Shown: piece by piece, positions 38,281 through 51,279 of the stretch
Layout of the letters: each line of letters starts with the position of its first letter
Position numbering within the stretch: position 1 is the first letter of the stretch
Assembly (NCBI GenBank): GCA_013265495.1
Contig: MU058289.1
Span: 2,231,451 to 2,295,450, forward strand
Origin: Vicugna vicugna
Taxonomy: Eukaryota
Reading direction: 5' to 3'
Length of the DNA stretch: 64,000 nt
The notes under the pieces: generated by a model
The model's input: only the letters and a program-made list of their open reading frames with translations
Database searches by the model: none
What the model was told of the DNA's origin: nothing
Translations under genes and position numbers: made by a program

Positions 38281-41278
38281 CACATAAAATTAATAATCAC
38301 AAATACACCCTTATCACCCACAAGCATCTCTTAAAGCATACTTAATCTCCAAATAATGATAATAATAAGGTTGTAATTCCACCTAACATGATACAACTAT
38401 TCTGCGAACAACTGAAAACACACTAACTCCTTCCCCAGAAAAGGAGGTAAATTACTTGAGTGATGTTTATTCTTCTCCTTGATATCCTTTAGCTTAAGAT
38501 ATGATTTAAAATTAACAATGCTTAAATACTATGATATAAAGTCAAAACTTGTGTTCACACAACAACAGTGTAAGAGAGGAAAGAAAAAAAAGACATTTGC
38601 TATACACACACAGACATACTCCTAACAAAATAAGGAGGAAATTCTCATGGAAATTCCAGTCCCCATGTCTGTGCTGGTCATGTGGTTGTGGCTGGTATTT
38701 ATAACTACCTCCTTCTACTGCCCTTTTGGTATTCCTTTCGCCTTCAGCAAGAACCTCAGCTGGTCATGGTGCTTCTTTATTCCTGGAGGGTCTGGGCCAT
38801 TAGTAGTTACTCTACCTGGATTGGGTTGTAGTTTTCCATTGACCTTAAGCATAGGGCATGGTAATACTAAGAGATGCCTTAAGGGATCTCCTATATTTCA
38901 GACATACTCTTCCTTGCCTCTGTTGTGGAGTAGCAGTCCAATTTCCCCTTGGTAGTCAGGATCAGTCACCCCAGTCAGCACGAGCACAGTAACTCCTTTC
39001 TTTGCCTATTGATTCTGAGGCATGAGGAGTCCAAAATGACCAGGTGGCAGTCTTAACTTCCAGTTCAATGGAATCATTGTTGTGTCTCCTGGTGGAATTA
39101 TTTCTCCCACGGAACTAAGACCTCTAGGCCAGCAAATATATACTTGCAAGAGCAGGAAACAAACATTTTGCTAGTGGGTCACCAGGGGTAATCGTGAGCG
39201 GTGCCACTCCCATTTCCTCCCTGTGATTCCTGGACCTGTGAATCCTGGCTATGGGGGAAGCAGTGCCATATTCTGGATTTTGATTCAGAGCATTTGTACC
39301 CTTCTTGAAACCCTTGCTACAATACTGCAAGATATTGCCACCTAGCTAGTGCTGTAATCAAGTCTTCAAAAGGCCATTCCACCATTTTGGCAAACCAGCT
39401 GCTTCGGGATGGTGGGAAATAAGGTACTCCAGTGAAATCCTTGAGCTTGGGCCCATTTCCACACTGCTTTTGCTGTGAAGTGAGTTTCTAGATCAGAAGA
39501 AATGCTGTGTGAGTGTTTAGCCAACCGACAGTAGTTTTAGGCAAAGCATTGTATGCAGGGAATGAAAATCGATATCCAGAGAAAATGTCTCTTTTAGTAA
39601 GAACAAATCATCACCCCTTACATGATGGAAGCAGTTGAGTGTAATCAACCTGCCGTCAGGTAGCTGGCTGATCACCCAGGGGAATAGTGCCTTATCAAGG
39701 ACTGAGGGTTGGTCTCTGCTGCTGGCAGTAGCTAGTTTGACCTCATTGAATGGAAGCTCATGTTGCTGAGCCCATGCGTATCTCCATCCCTGCTACCATG
39801 GCTGCTTTGTTCATGGGCCCATTGGGTAATGACAAGGATGGCTAGAGCTATCCATAGAGATTGACTGGTATCCACAGAACTGGTCCTCCTACCTACTTGA
39901 GTATTAAAAATCTCCTCTGAGGTCATCCTTTGGTGAACATTCACATGGGATAACAATATCTTCACATTTTTTGCCCATTTAGAGAGGTCTATCCGCATAG
40001 CTCTTTCCCAAATTTCCTTATCACCGATTTTCCAATGATCCTTCTGTGTTCTTGACTATACAGCCAAACCACTGTCCCCGGCTCATGAATCAATGTATAA
40101 TCACATGCCTGGCCATTTCTCCTTCCAAGCAAAATGAACAACCAGGTACACTGCTGAAAGTTCTGCCCACTGGGAAAACATCCTTTCACCACTGTCCTTC
40201 AGGGATGTCCCAGAGGGGCTGCAGTGCTGCAGCTGACCACTTTGGGGTGGTTCCTGCATATCACGCAGAACCGTCTATAAAACAAGCCCAAGTCTCTCCC
40301 TCTGTCAACTGATGGTAGGGAACTCCCCATGAGGCCGTAGGTACAGGCTGAGAGTTCAACTTGCTTTCTAATTAAGCCAATCATAGGATGAGATTCTGTG
40401 CTTGAGTTTCAACAGTCTCAGCCCTGCAGCTACAGGAGTTAAGCGTCTCCTTCAGGGCACGTGTAGAAGCATTCAGGTCATTTCTGTGGCTCCTGAGCTG
40501 GGAATTTGAATCCCTGGGCTCTTTCTTTTCTTTCACCGCTTAATACAGAGACATTAGGAGCAACTAGTCAACCTCATTATATTAGATTTTTTTAAATGTT
40601 GTAAAGTATCATATACACAGTCAATCTAGCTCCTCACTTCTTATAAGTGGTAGATTAGGAATATGAAATGGAGATATTTTGTATATCTCCAGTGGCAGAT
40701 CATGCATGGACTCTAAGTCCTCTCTTTACTACTGGAAATAGAATCATTAGCATCTTTATATCTAATTAGATTAGAGAGCCAATTCCAGAAACCTCAGAAC
40801 CAGTTTAGAAAACTCAACCTTAGTAATTCTGTCCTTTTAGAGCCACTCTTGGTACCAAAATCTGTATTAGTCAGGGTTCTCCAGAGAATAGAACCAAAAG
40901 GATTTATATACATAAAGATTTATCATAAGGAGTTGACTCATGCAATCACAGAGGCTGAGAATTCCAGACCCAGGAGAGTCAGTGCTATAGTTCCAACCTG
41001 AGTCTGAGTCTGAAGGCAGAAGACCAATGTACCAGGTTGAAGACAGTCAGGCAGAGAAAGAATTCTTTCTTACTCAGTCTTTTATTCTGGTCAGCCTTCC
41101 AGTGGATTGGATGAGGCCCACCCACATTGGGGAGGGTGATCTGCTTTACTCAGTTTACTGATTCAAATGCTAATCTCATCCAGAGACATTGTCACAGAGA
41201 CACTCAGAAATAGTGTTTAACCAAAGATCTGGGCACCCTGTGGCCTAGTCATGTTGACACATAAAATTAGCCATCACA
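38281..41278 (-). mobile_element. Internally deleted ERVL provirus (MLT2-type LTR, gag/pol/dUTPase remnants)
   Basis: LTR 40863-41278; PBS-like TGGTACCAAGAGTGG next to the LTR; RNaseH/integrase remnants (SHVNVHQR, WAHEQSSHG, SPIARIH...MGVAPLTITP); dUTPase-like PPGDTTMIPLNWKLRLPPGHFG ~38950-39110. Confidence 0.88.
40863..41278 (-). mobile_element. ERVL 5' LTR (MLT2-type)
   Basis: tgtattagtcagggttctccagaga...gattggatgaggcccaccca...ttgacacataaaattagccatcaca. Confidence 0.9.
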
Positions 41279-41516
41279 CTGCTATAGAAAAGCATACATA
41301 CCTTAAGTGTACATCTTGGTGAATTTTCATAAACTGAACACAACTATGTATGCAGCACCACGTCAATAAACAGAACAGAACCAGCACCCAAGAAGCCCCA
41401 CTGTTTCCCCCTTCTAGTCATTAACCCTCTTTAAGGGTAACTACTATCAGGACTTCTAACACTACAGCTTAGTTATGCCTGCTTTTTTATTTGCCAGTCA
41501 GTTGGAACCATATGGC

Positions 41517-42070
41517 ATATTAGTCATCTATTTCTTCATAAAACATCAACCCCAAATTTCCCAGCTTAAAACTACAAAGACTTATTACTTCACAGTTTCT
41601 GTGGGTCAGGAATCCACACATGGCTTATGGGTAACTCTGGCTCATGGCCTGTCATGAATTTGCAGTCAGGCTGTCAGCTCTGACTCTGGCCTCATCTGAA
41701 GGCTCAACTCAGGGAAGATCAATGTCCAGGTGGCAGTTGTTGGCAGGATTCAGATCCTTGCAGGTTGTTGGACTGAGGCCTCCCTTAGTTCCTTGCCACA
41801 TAAGCCTGTCCATTGGGCAAGTCACAATATGGCAACAGGCTTTCCTCACAGTGAGAGCGTGGGGGAAGAGAGAGAGAGAAACCCAAGGTGGAAGCCAGAG
41901 TCTGTCTGCAGCCTCATCTCAGAAGTGACATTTTATCACTTTTGTCACGTTTTATTCATTAGAAGTGAGTCATGAGGTCCAGTCCACACTCAAGCAGAAG
42001 GTTTTAAAGAAGGGCATGAATACCAGAGGGCAGAAATGATGGAAGGACATCTTAGGTTCTAACTACCATG
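41517..42070 (-). mobile_element. MaLR MLT1 LTR (~550 bp)
   Basis: cagcttaaaac...cacagtttctgtgggtcaggaatcc...ttcattagaagtgagtca. Confidence 0.8.
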
Positions 42071-42756
42071 AATGTCCTCTTTTGTGTCTGGCTTCTTTGT
42101 GCAATATTATTTTTGTGAAATTTGTCCACATTGTTTGTTAGATTACAGATAATTCATTCTTATCACTGTATAGTATTTCATTTATTTATCCATTTGATGG
42201 TTAATGGGCATTTGGTAGTTTCCAACCTGGAGCTACTGAAAAATAGCACTATTAGAGAATATTTTAGTACATATCTTTAGGTGAACATTTGTATGCATTT
42301 CTGATGGGTATAGAGCCAGAAGTAGAATTGCTGGGTCATAGGTATGCATATGTTCGGCCGTAGTAGACATTGCCAAACTATTTTCCCAAAGTAGTTGTCA
42401 TAATTTATACTTTTACCAGTAGTGAATTGAAGATGAAAGTTGTTGCACATCTTCACTAGCACTGATACTTTCCCTCTTTTCTATTTTAGCCATTCTGGTT
42501 CATATGTCGTGTACTCATTGTGGTTTTAATATGCATTTCCACAATGACTAAGGAAGTTGAGCATCTTTTCATATGTTTATTGACCACTTGGATATACTTT
42601 TATGAATGTTTTTCAAGTATTTTGTCCATTTTTCTATTGTGTTGCCTGAATTTTTCTCATTGGTTTGGAGGAGATTGTGATGTAGTTTGTGTATGAGTCT
42701 GTTGGCTAGATATGTGTTGCATGTAACTTTCCTCACTTTTGTGTGTTAACACTTTA

Positions 42757-42903
42757 TTTTTTTAATTCTTAAAATTTATTTTATTTTTTGGAGCAGAGAG
42801 TTAGTTAGGTTTTCTTACTTATTTTTAGAGGCAGTACTGGGGATTGAAACCAGGACCTTGTGTATGCTGAGCATGTGCTGTAACACTTGAGCTATACCCT
42901 CCC
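42757..42903 (-). mobile_element. tRNA-Ala-derived SINE (Vic-1-like) with TSD
   Basis: gtactggggattgaaaccaggacc...ttgagctataccctccc; TSD gtgtgttaacacttta (42741-42756) / gtgtcttagcacttta (42908-42923). Confidence 0.88.
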
Positions 42904-44117
42904 TGCTGTGTCTTAGCACTTTAATACTGTCTTTGATGAACAGAAATTTCCAATGTTAGTGTTATCATTTTTCTAAATTATTTTCTCTTATGGTTACTAC
43001 TTTTTATGCCTGTGCTTACTTTGAGGTTATTAAGATATTTTATTGTTTCACATTTTGCATTTAGATATCCAGTCCATCCAAATTTTATTTTGTTGTTTGT
43101 GAGGCAGAAGTAAAGATATACATTTTTTTCCACATCGATATCCAGTTGATCAGTTGATGATATGTGTGGCTGTTTCTGGATTCTGTATATTTTTCCACTA
43201 GTCAGCTTGTCCTTGGGCCAATATCACACTGTCTTAATTACCATAGATTAATGTTAAGTTTTGATATTTAGTAATGTAAGTCCTTAGCTTTGTTCTTCCT
43301 CAGAATTACGTTGACTATTCTTGGCCCTTTACATTTCCACATAATTTAGAATTAGCTTATCAATTTGAGTGAAAAAGAAAACAGAAAAATCTCCTGAGAT
43401 TTTAATTGGCGTGACATTGACTCTGTAGATTAATACAGGATAGAATTAACATATTTATTGTGCTGAGTCTTCCAATTTATGAATATCTCACCTCTTTCCA
43501 TATATTTAGATCTTGTTTAATTTTTCTCAATAATGTTTTATAGTTTCTAGTGTAGAATTTTAGTACTTGGAATCATTCATTAGATTTATTCCTAGTTTGG
43601 TGTTTTATGCTAATGTATATGGCTTTTAAATGTATTTGTTTGTCAAAAGTTCTGCTTGGTTTTCCAGCTTCCTAGTTTTCCACTGCATTCTGTTCAGTGT
43701 CTCACCTCCATACAGTCATACCTCATTTTATTATGCTTCACAGATGTTGTGTTGTTTACAAACTGAAGGTTTGTGGCAACCCTGCACTGAGCAAGTCTGT
43801 TGGTGCCATTTTCCCAACAGCATTTGCCCACTTCATGTCTCTGTGTCATATTTTGTAATTCTCGTAATATGTCAAACATTTTCATTATTATTATATTTGT
43901 TCTGGTGACCTGTGATCAGTGATCTTTGATGTTACTATTGTCATTGTTTTGGGGTTAGGATTAGAACTGCACCATACAATATGGTGAACTTAATCGATAA
44001 ATGTGGTGTTCTGACTGCTCCACCGACCAGCTATTCCCCCATCTCTCTCCTTCTCCTCAGTCTCCGCATTCCCTGAGATACAGCAATATTGAAATTAGGC
44101 CAGTTAATAACCCTACA

Positions 44118-46652
44118 ATGGCCTCTAAGTGTTCAGGTAAAAGGAAGAGTCACATGTCTCTCACTTTTAAATCAAAAGCTAGAAATAATTAAGCTTAGTA
44201 AAGAAGGCATGTTGAAAGCCAAGGTAGGCTAAACCCTAGGCCTCTTGCACCAAACAATTAGCCAGGTTCTGAACACAGAGGAAAAAATCTTGAAGGAAAT
44301 TGAAAGTGTTACTCCATTGTAGTTTTGATTTGCATTTCTCTGATAATTAGTGACATTGAGCATATTTTCATGTGCCTGTTTGTCATTTATGTCTTCATTG
44401 GAGAAATGTTTGGTTAGGCCTTCTGCCCATTTTTGGATTTTTGTTGTTTTTGTGTTGTTGTTTGAGTTGTATGAATTGCTTGTATATTCTAGAAATTAAG
44501 CCCTTATCAGTCACGTAATTTGCAAATATTTTCTCCCATTCCATAGGCTGTCTTTTTGTTTTATTTTGTTTCCTTTGCTATGCAAAAGCTTATAAGTTTA
44601 ATTAGGTCCCATTTGTTTATTTTTGCTTTTATTTCTGTCGCCTTGGTAGACTGCCCTAGAAGAACACTGCCAAGATCATACCAGTCAGAATGGCCATCAT
44701 TAAAAAGTCCACAAACAGTAGATGCTAGAGAGGGTGTAGAGAAAAGGGAACCCTCCTACACTGTTGGTGGGAAGGTAGTTTGGTGCAGCCATTACGGAAA
44801 ACAGTATGGAGATTCCTTAAAAAACTAAAAACAGACTTACCATATGATCCAGCAATCCCACTCCTGGGCTTATATCTGGAGGGAACTCTAATTCGAAAAG
44901 ATACATGCACCCCAGTGTTCATAGCAGCACTATATACAATAGCCAAGACATGGAAACAACCTAAATGTCCATCAACAGATGACTGGATAAAGAAGTTTTG
45001 GTATATTTATATAATGGAATACTTCTCAACCATAAAAAAAGAATAAAATAATGCCATTTGCAGCAACATGGATGGACCTGGAGATCATCATTCTAAGTGA
45101 AACATTCTAAGTAAGATAAAAAGAGAAAGAATACCATATGATATCACTGATATGTGGAATCTTAAAAAAAGACACAAATGAACTTATTTACAAAACAGAG
45201 ACAGAGTCATGAACATAGAAAACAAATTTATGGTTACCAGGGGAGAAGGGTGAATAGATAAATTGGGAGTTCAGGATTTGTAGATACTAACTACTATATA
45301 TAAAATAGATAAACAATAAGGTCTTACAGTATAGCACAGGGAACCATATTCAATATCTTATAATAGTCTATAATTAAAAAGAATATGAAAAGGATATATA
45401 TATATGTGTGTGTGTGATTGAATCATTATGCTGTACACCAGAAATTAACACAACATTGTAAACCAACTATACTTCAATTAGGAAAAAAAAAAGTGTTACT
45501 CCAGTGAATACACAAATGATTAAAAAAAAAAAGCTTAACAGCCTTATTGCTTATATGGAGAAAGTTTTAGTGATCTGGAAAGATCAAACCAGCCACAACA
45601 TTCCCTTAAGCCAAAACTTAATCCAGAGTAAGGCCCTAACTGTCTTTAATTCCGTGAAGGCTGAAAGATGTGAGGAAGCTGCAGCAGAAGTGTTTGAAGC
45701 TGGCAGAGGTTAGTTTATGAGGTTTAAGGAAAGAAGTCATCTCCATAACATCAATGTGCAAGGTGAAGCAGCAAATGCTAATGTAGAAGCTGTAGCAGGT
45801 TATCCGGAAGATCTAGCTAAGGTCATTAATGAAGGTGGCTACACTGAACAACAAAATTTTTAATATAGACAAAAAAAGCCTTAAAGATGCCATCTAGGAC
45901 TTTCATAGCTAGAGAGGAGAAGTCAATGCCTGGCTTCAAAAGACAGGGTGACTTTTTTTAGGGGCTAATGCACTTGGTGACTCTAAGTCAAAATCAATGC
46001 TCATTTACAAGGACCCTGAATCCTAGGGCCCCTAAGCATTATGCTAAATCTCCTCTGCCTGTGCTCTATAAATGGAACAACAAAGCCTGGACGACTGTAC
46101 ACCTGTTTACAATATGGTTTACTGAATATTTTAAGCCCACCATTCAGACCTACTACTCAGAAAAAAATAATTCCTTTCAAAATATTACTGCTTATTGACA
46201 ATGCGCCTGGTCACCCAACAGCTCTGATGGAGATGTACAACACGATTAATGTTTTCATGCTTGCTAACACAGCATCCATAATACAGCCCATGGATCAAAG
46301 AGTCGTTTTGACTTTCAAGTCATTATTTAAGAGGTACATCTTATAAGGCTATAGCTGCCATAGATTGTGATTCTTCTGATGGATCTTGGCAAAGTAGATT
46401 GAAGATTCTGGAAAGAGTTCACCATTCTAGATGCCATTAAGGACATTGGTGATTCACAGAAAGAGGTCAAAATATGGACATTAGTAGGAGTCTGGAAGAG
46501 GTTGATTCCAGTCATCCAACCCTCACTTGAATGAGTTCAAGACTTCAGTAGAGGAAGTAACTGCAGATGTGGAGGAAATAGCAAGAGAACTAGAATGAGA
46601 AACGGAGCCTAAAGATGTGACTGAACTGCTGCAGTCTCTTGATAAAACTTGA
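44118..46652 (+). pseudogene. Tigger1 transposase pseudogene (CENP-B-like HTH + DDE)
   Basis: MASKCSGKRKSH start; [33 protein letters not shown]...IIQPMDQ catalytic region; frameshifts and an L1 insertion. Confidence 0.88.
44317..45489 (+). mobile_element. Young 5'-truncated L1 with 5' inversion (twin priming)
   Basis: 44317-~44676 inverted, ~44677-45489 sense with poly(A); 14-bp TSD aaagtgttactcca at 44303-44316 and 45490-45503. Confidence 0.93.
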
Positions 46653-47508
46653 ACAGATGAGTTGCTTCTTATGGATGGGTAAAGAAAGTAATTTCTTGAG
46701 ATGGCATCTACTCCTGGTGAAGATGCTGTGAAGATCGCTGAAATAACAACAAAGGATTTAGAATATCACATAAACTTAGTTGATAAAGCAGCAATAGGGT
46801 TTGAGAGGATTGACTCAAATTTTGAAAGAACTTCTATTGTGGGTAAAATGCTATCAAACAGCATTACATACTACAGAGAAATCATTTGTAAAAGGAAGAG
46901 TCAACTGATACAGCAAACTTTATGGTTGTCTTATTTTAAGAAATTGCCACAGCCACCCCAGCCTTCACCAACCATCACCCTGATTAGTCAGAGACCATCA
47001 ATATTGAAGCAAAACCCTCTGCTAGCAAAAAGACAAAGACTCACTGAAGGCACAGATGATGGTCAGCATTTTTTAGCACTAAAATATTTTTAAAATTAAG
47101 ATATGAACATTATTTTTAGACATGATGCTATTGCATACTCTTAATAAACTACAGTGTAGTATAAACATAACTTTTATATGCACTGGGAAACCAAAAAAAA
47201 ATCACATAATTTGCTTTATTGGGATATTTGCTTCATTGCAGGAGCCTGGAACCAAACCTGCTCTCTCTGAGGTATGCTTATACTATTTTGGGTCAGGAAA
47301 AGCCTCAAGGAGAAAAGAACTGCAGAATGTTGGGCACATCTCAGTTTACTTCCTTCCTCTCTGAGATTCTGACCCTCATTACCAGAAATGGAAATGCCCG
47401 AAGTGATTAATTTTTGGTTACATGCTCAATATGCTTACTACGAATAGAACAGCATAGAATATAAAGGAAGATGGTAGTCATATGCCCACAAATCAAAACC
47501 ATCTTTTA

Positions 47509-47648
47509 TTTATGTATTTATTTATGTATGTATTTATTTATTTATTTATTTTAATTTACTTAATTATTTATTGAAGTACAGTCAATTACAATGTGTCTAT
47601 CTCTGGTGTACAGCACAATGTCCCAGTTATGCATATACATACATATAT
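47509..47648 (-). mobile_element. Severely truncated young L1 3' end with (TTTA)n tail
   Basis: ttgaagtacagtcaattacaatgtgtc...ctggtgtacagcac; TSD tcaaaacca(t/c)ctttta at 47493-47508 and 47649-47664. Confidence 0.85.
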
Positions 47649-47829
47649 TCAAAACCACCTTTTAAATTATTTTTATGACAGAGATGGTACCCATCTATTG
47701 AAATGTTGTTATAATACGGAGATATGTAATAAGGCAAAAGTGAAAGTTTGCTGTCCCTTCTGCCTCTTTACCTTGACTCACTCCACAGGGGAGATCACTG
47801 AACTAATTTGGGTTGTATGTGCACATGTT

Positions 47830-48215
47830 TGACATGTGTGTTTTCAATTTTTGAAATGAGAACATGCTGTTCTGTAACTCTCTTTTTTTCCAATTAGCAG
47901 CATATCCTGGCCATACTTCCATGTCATTGTGTGTAGATCTAAGTCATTTTTTTTAACAACTTTACAGTGCTTTGCAGAAAGGAGATATCATAACTTATTA
48001 GAACATTTATTAATGGACATTTACAGTATTTCCAATATTTTGCCTTTACAAACAATGCTGCAACAAATATCCTTGAACATATATAATCGCTCTGTGTATG
48101 TGTGTGAATAATTGTTATGTTCCTGTAGAATGGATGTCTAGAAGTAGAAGTGTGTGGGTTAGAGGGTACGTGTTACATTCGGATAGGTAATGACAAATTT
48201 GCCCTGTAAAATTCA
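47830..48215 (-). mobile_element. Ancient L1 (L1ME-type) 3' fragment
   Basis: acaaacaatgctgcaacaaatatccttg...ctagaagtagaa. Confidence 0.55.
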
Positions 48216-48340
48216 TGAGATATTTTTAGTTACGTTTGATTGTTTGTTTGTTTGTTTGTTATAATGAGAATATGCCAGGCGACTAGGCCACCAGAAAGGG
48301 CTGCAGATTCTTTTGTTCTTTCAAAAGTTGTGGTCTAGAT

Positions 48341-48542
48341 GGGGATTAGCACACTACGGCCTATGGGTCAGATGTGGCCTGCAGCATGTTCTTGAATGGC
48401 CCATGAGCTAAGAATGATTTTTATATGTTTAAGGGTTTGTTAAAAAAAAAATCAAAGAAGACTGTGCAATCGAGCCTATCTGCGACCCACAAAGCTTAAA
48501 TATTTACTGTAAGGCCCATTATGGGAAGTTTACTGACCACTG
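48341..48542 (+). mobile_element. hAT-Charlie MITE (MER58A-like)
   Basis: actacggcctatgggtcagatgtggcc...ggcccatgagctaagaatg...aaatatttact...tttactgaccactg; flanks gtctagat / gtccagag. Confidence 0.8.
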
Positions 48543-48550
48543 GTCCAGAG

Positions 48551-48677
48551 CTTGCTTTTTAAGGTTTAATGTGCATTTGAATCCTGGGAAACTAGCTGCT
48601 GAGATTTAGAGTGAGGTTACATCTCTAACAGGGTCCCAGGTGATGCTGCTGGTCCCTGGACCACACTTTGAGTAACA
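48551..48677 (+). mobile_element. hAT-Charlie MITE (MER5-like)
   Basis: taacagggtcccaggtgatgctgctggtccctggaccacactttgag. Confidence 0.75.
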
Positions 48678-48685
48678 GTCTGGGG

Positions 48686-49232
48686 CTGCACTGTCTGAAA
48701 CACTGGCACTTGAAATATGGTTAATGCAACTAAGTAATTACATTTGTTTTGTTTTATTTCAATTAATTTATATTTAAAATGTAAAACTAATACCTGATTC
48801 AACTACTGGAAATCTCTTAAATACTTTGGTATGTGAATAATTTTATAACATTTAAATATAGACTAATTATTTCCAATAAAAATTTAGTGTCCAGATTGAG
48901 GTGTGTTCTAAGTGTCAAATGCATACCAGATTTTGAATACTTTGTACAAAAAAAGACTATAAAACTTTGCAAAATATCCATGTATCAAATCCTTACATTG
49001 TACACTCTAAACTTATAGAACATTACGTGTCAATTATATCTCAATAAAACAGGTGGGAAGACTGTAAAACATCTCAGTAATAATTTTTATATTGATTACA
49101 TGTTGAAATATGTTTATGTATTTGGTTAAATTAAAGTGAATCAGTTGCTTCTTTTAACTTTTTAAATGAAGCTATCAGAAAATTTTATATTATGTATGTG
49201 GCTCATGTTCTATTTCTGTAGGACAGCAACTG
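48686..49232. mobile_element. hAT-Charlie MITE (MER3/MER33-like) containing a short L1 3' end
   Basis: Ends ctgcactgtc ... ggacagcaactg; internal L1 tail 48966-49057 with TSD aagact(a/g)taaaac. Confidence 0.65.
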
Positions 49233-49409
49233 GTCTAGAGTGGCCCAAGCCTGTGTTTCTGAATGCATTCATCAAGCAAAGGAACTGAGTTCTATCAGGC
49301 AATGTGTAGATGGCACAATGGGAGAAGGTAGCTCATGTAAAATGTTTCCTAAGAACGTCTACAACCAGAAGGTTTGAAAAAACTTTGAAAGTAAATGTCT
49401 ATAAGCAAA

Positions 49410-49520
49410 GAAAAAAGATATATATATATTTATATAGTGATACAAATAACTGAACCACTATGCTGTACAACAGAAACTAACACATTATAAATCGAATATA
49501 CTTCAATTTTTTTTTAAAAA
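49410..49520 (+). mobile_element. Short L1 3' end
   Basis: ataactgaaccactatgctgtacaacagaaactaacacattataaatc...tacttcaat. Confidence 0.7.
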
Positions 49521-49990
49521 AGGCATGAAAAGGAAAAGAAACAATGGGAAAGAAACAATTTTGAAGAACAGATGCTACCAGCAGCCTGGAATCTTTGGGA
49601 CAATCCCAATTTTAATTGATGGGGTAAATGAACGCTTATCATAACTGAAGGTGTGTGTTTAACCCCGTCCACAAACATTTGCCTTAAAGACCATGTAACT
49701 TTAGAAACCAAAGGACTGGAGTCAAATGGAGTAAGGACATAGAACAGGAAAGCGGAAATTTTTAGTAGCTATCCTACTAATTCAGTTTCTTCTACCTCCT
49801 TTCCCTAAAATATCTATTTACAGATGGTCTTTGAAAAACGCATGAAGCTCAAACAAATACTCTTTTGGAAAAAGAGTGAGAAGAATGCTTCACTTTACCG
49901 AACTTTTCCTTACTAAGGACTCATGGTTAGGGTGTCACATGGAATAGTCATTCAACAGAGCATCACTCAACTCACGTGAAGAAAATCCCA

Positions 49991-50933
49991 AAGCAATTCT
50001 CTAATGAAGACATATGAATGACCAATAGACACATGAAAAACTGCTCTATATCAGTAATTATCAGAGAAATGTAAATCAAAACCACAATGAGGTATCACCT
50101 CACAGCAGTCAGAATGGTCATTATTCAAAAGTCCACAAATGATAAATTCTGGAGAAGGTATGGAGAAAAGGGGACCCTCCCACACTTTTGGTGGGAATGC
50201 AGTTTGGTGCAACCATTGCAGAAAACAGTATGGAGATTCCTCAAAAGACTAAAAATAGACTTACCATATGACCCAGCAATACCACTCCTGGGCATGTATC
50301 CAGAGGGAACCCTAATTCAAAAAGACACGTGCACCTCAGTGTTCATAGCAGCAAAGCAGCACTAAATAGCCAAGACATGGAAACAACCTAAATGTCCACT
50401 GACAGATGACTGGATAAAGAAGTTGTGGTATATTTATACAGTGGAATACTACAAGGCCATAAAAATGATAAAATAATGCCATTTACAGTAACATGGATGG
50501 CCCTGGAAAATGTCATTCTAAGTGAAGTAAGCCAGAAAGAGAAAGAAAAGTACCATGTGATATCACTCATATGTGGAATCTAAAAAAAAAAAAAGACAAA
50601 TGAATTTATATATAAAACAGAAACAGACTCACAGACATAGACTATAGACTTGTGGTTGCCAGAGGGTAGGAGGGTGGGAAGGGATAAACTGGGAGTTCGA
50701 GATTTACAGATACTGACTGATACACATAGAATAGATAAACAAGTTTACACTGTATAGCACAGGGAAATATATTCAAGATCTTGTAGTAGCTTATGGTGAA
50801 AGAGAATATGAAAATGAATATATGTATATTCATGTATGACTGAAGAATTGTGCTGTACACCAGAAATTGACACAAACATTGTAAACTGACCATAACTCAA
50901 TAAAAAAATCATTGTTTTACAACAACAACAAAG
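49991..50933 (+). mobile_element. Young 5'-truncated L1 (ORF2 C-terminus plus 3' UTR)
   Basis: MRYHLTAVRM...[27 protein letters not shown] plus A-rich tail; TSD agaaaatccca at 49980-49990 and 50934-50944. Confidence 0.92.
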
Positions 50934-51279
50934 AGAAAATCCCATTGTCATGACCACCACTTACTAAAGAACAGTCAAACATGAAGGTGACAAAACTATC
51001 TTGTTTATTATAAATAAGATAATAGGAAAATACAACTTGATTTGCCAAAAGAGAGTTACTTGCATATGGAGTCCAAACATTTGTTGATTACATAAAGTAA
51101 CATAAACTGAAACTGGGGTAAAAATGGATGGAGTGGATTTTCACTCTTTTGGACACTGTGCATTCTGCAAAAGGTCCGGGTGGACAGAGAGGCAACATCA
51201 CAGAGAGTGATGATATTTTAGGGGTTAGTTTAAAACTCATTAACATTTTAAAAAATTAGAGCCATATCTGAAGCTACAT

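Larger units (their letters stand above)
41280..43700 (-). mobile_element. Old L1 3' region interrupted by an MLT1 LTR and a SINE
   Basis: tgtggttttaatatgcatttcc...gttgagcatcttttcatatgtttattgacc. Confidence 0.75.
43713..47280 (+). mobile_element. Full-length Tigger1 DNA transposon (pogo/TcMar), inactivated and interrupted by an L1
   Basis: TIRs cagtcatacctc ... gaggtatgctta with flanking TA; transposase remnants; ~2.4 kb after removing the L1. Confidence 0.93.

Noticed and set aside
41150..41185. DUX-family binding site in the MLT2 LTR
   Set aside because: taatctcatcc deviates from the TAAYYYAATCA-type consensus; insufficient support
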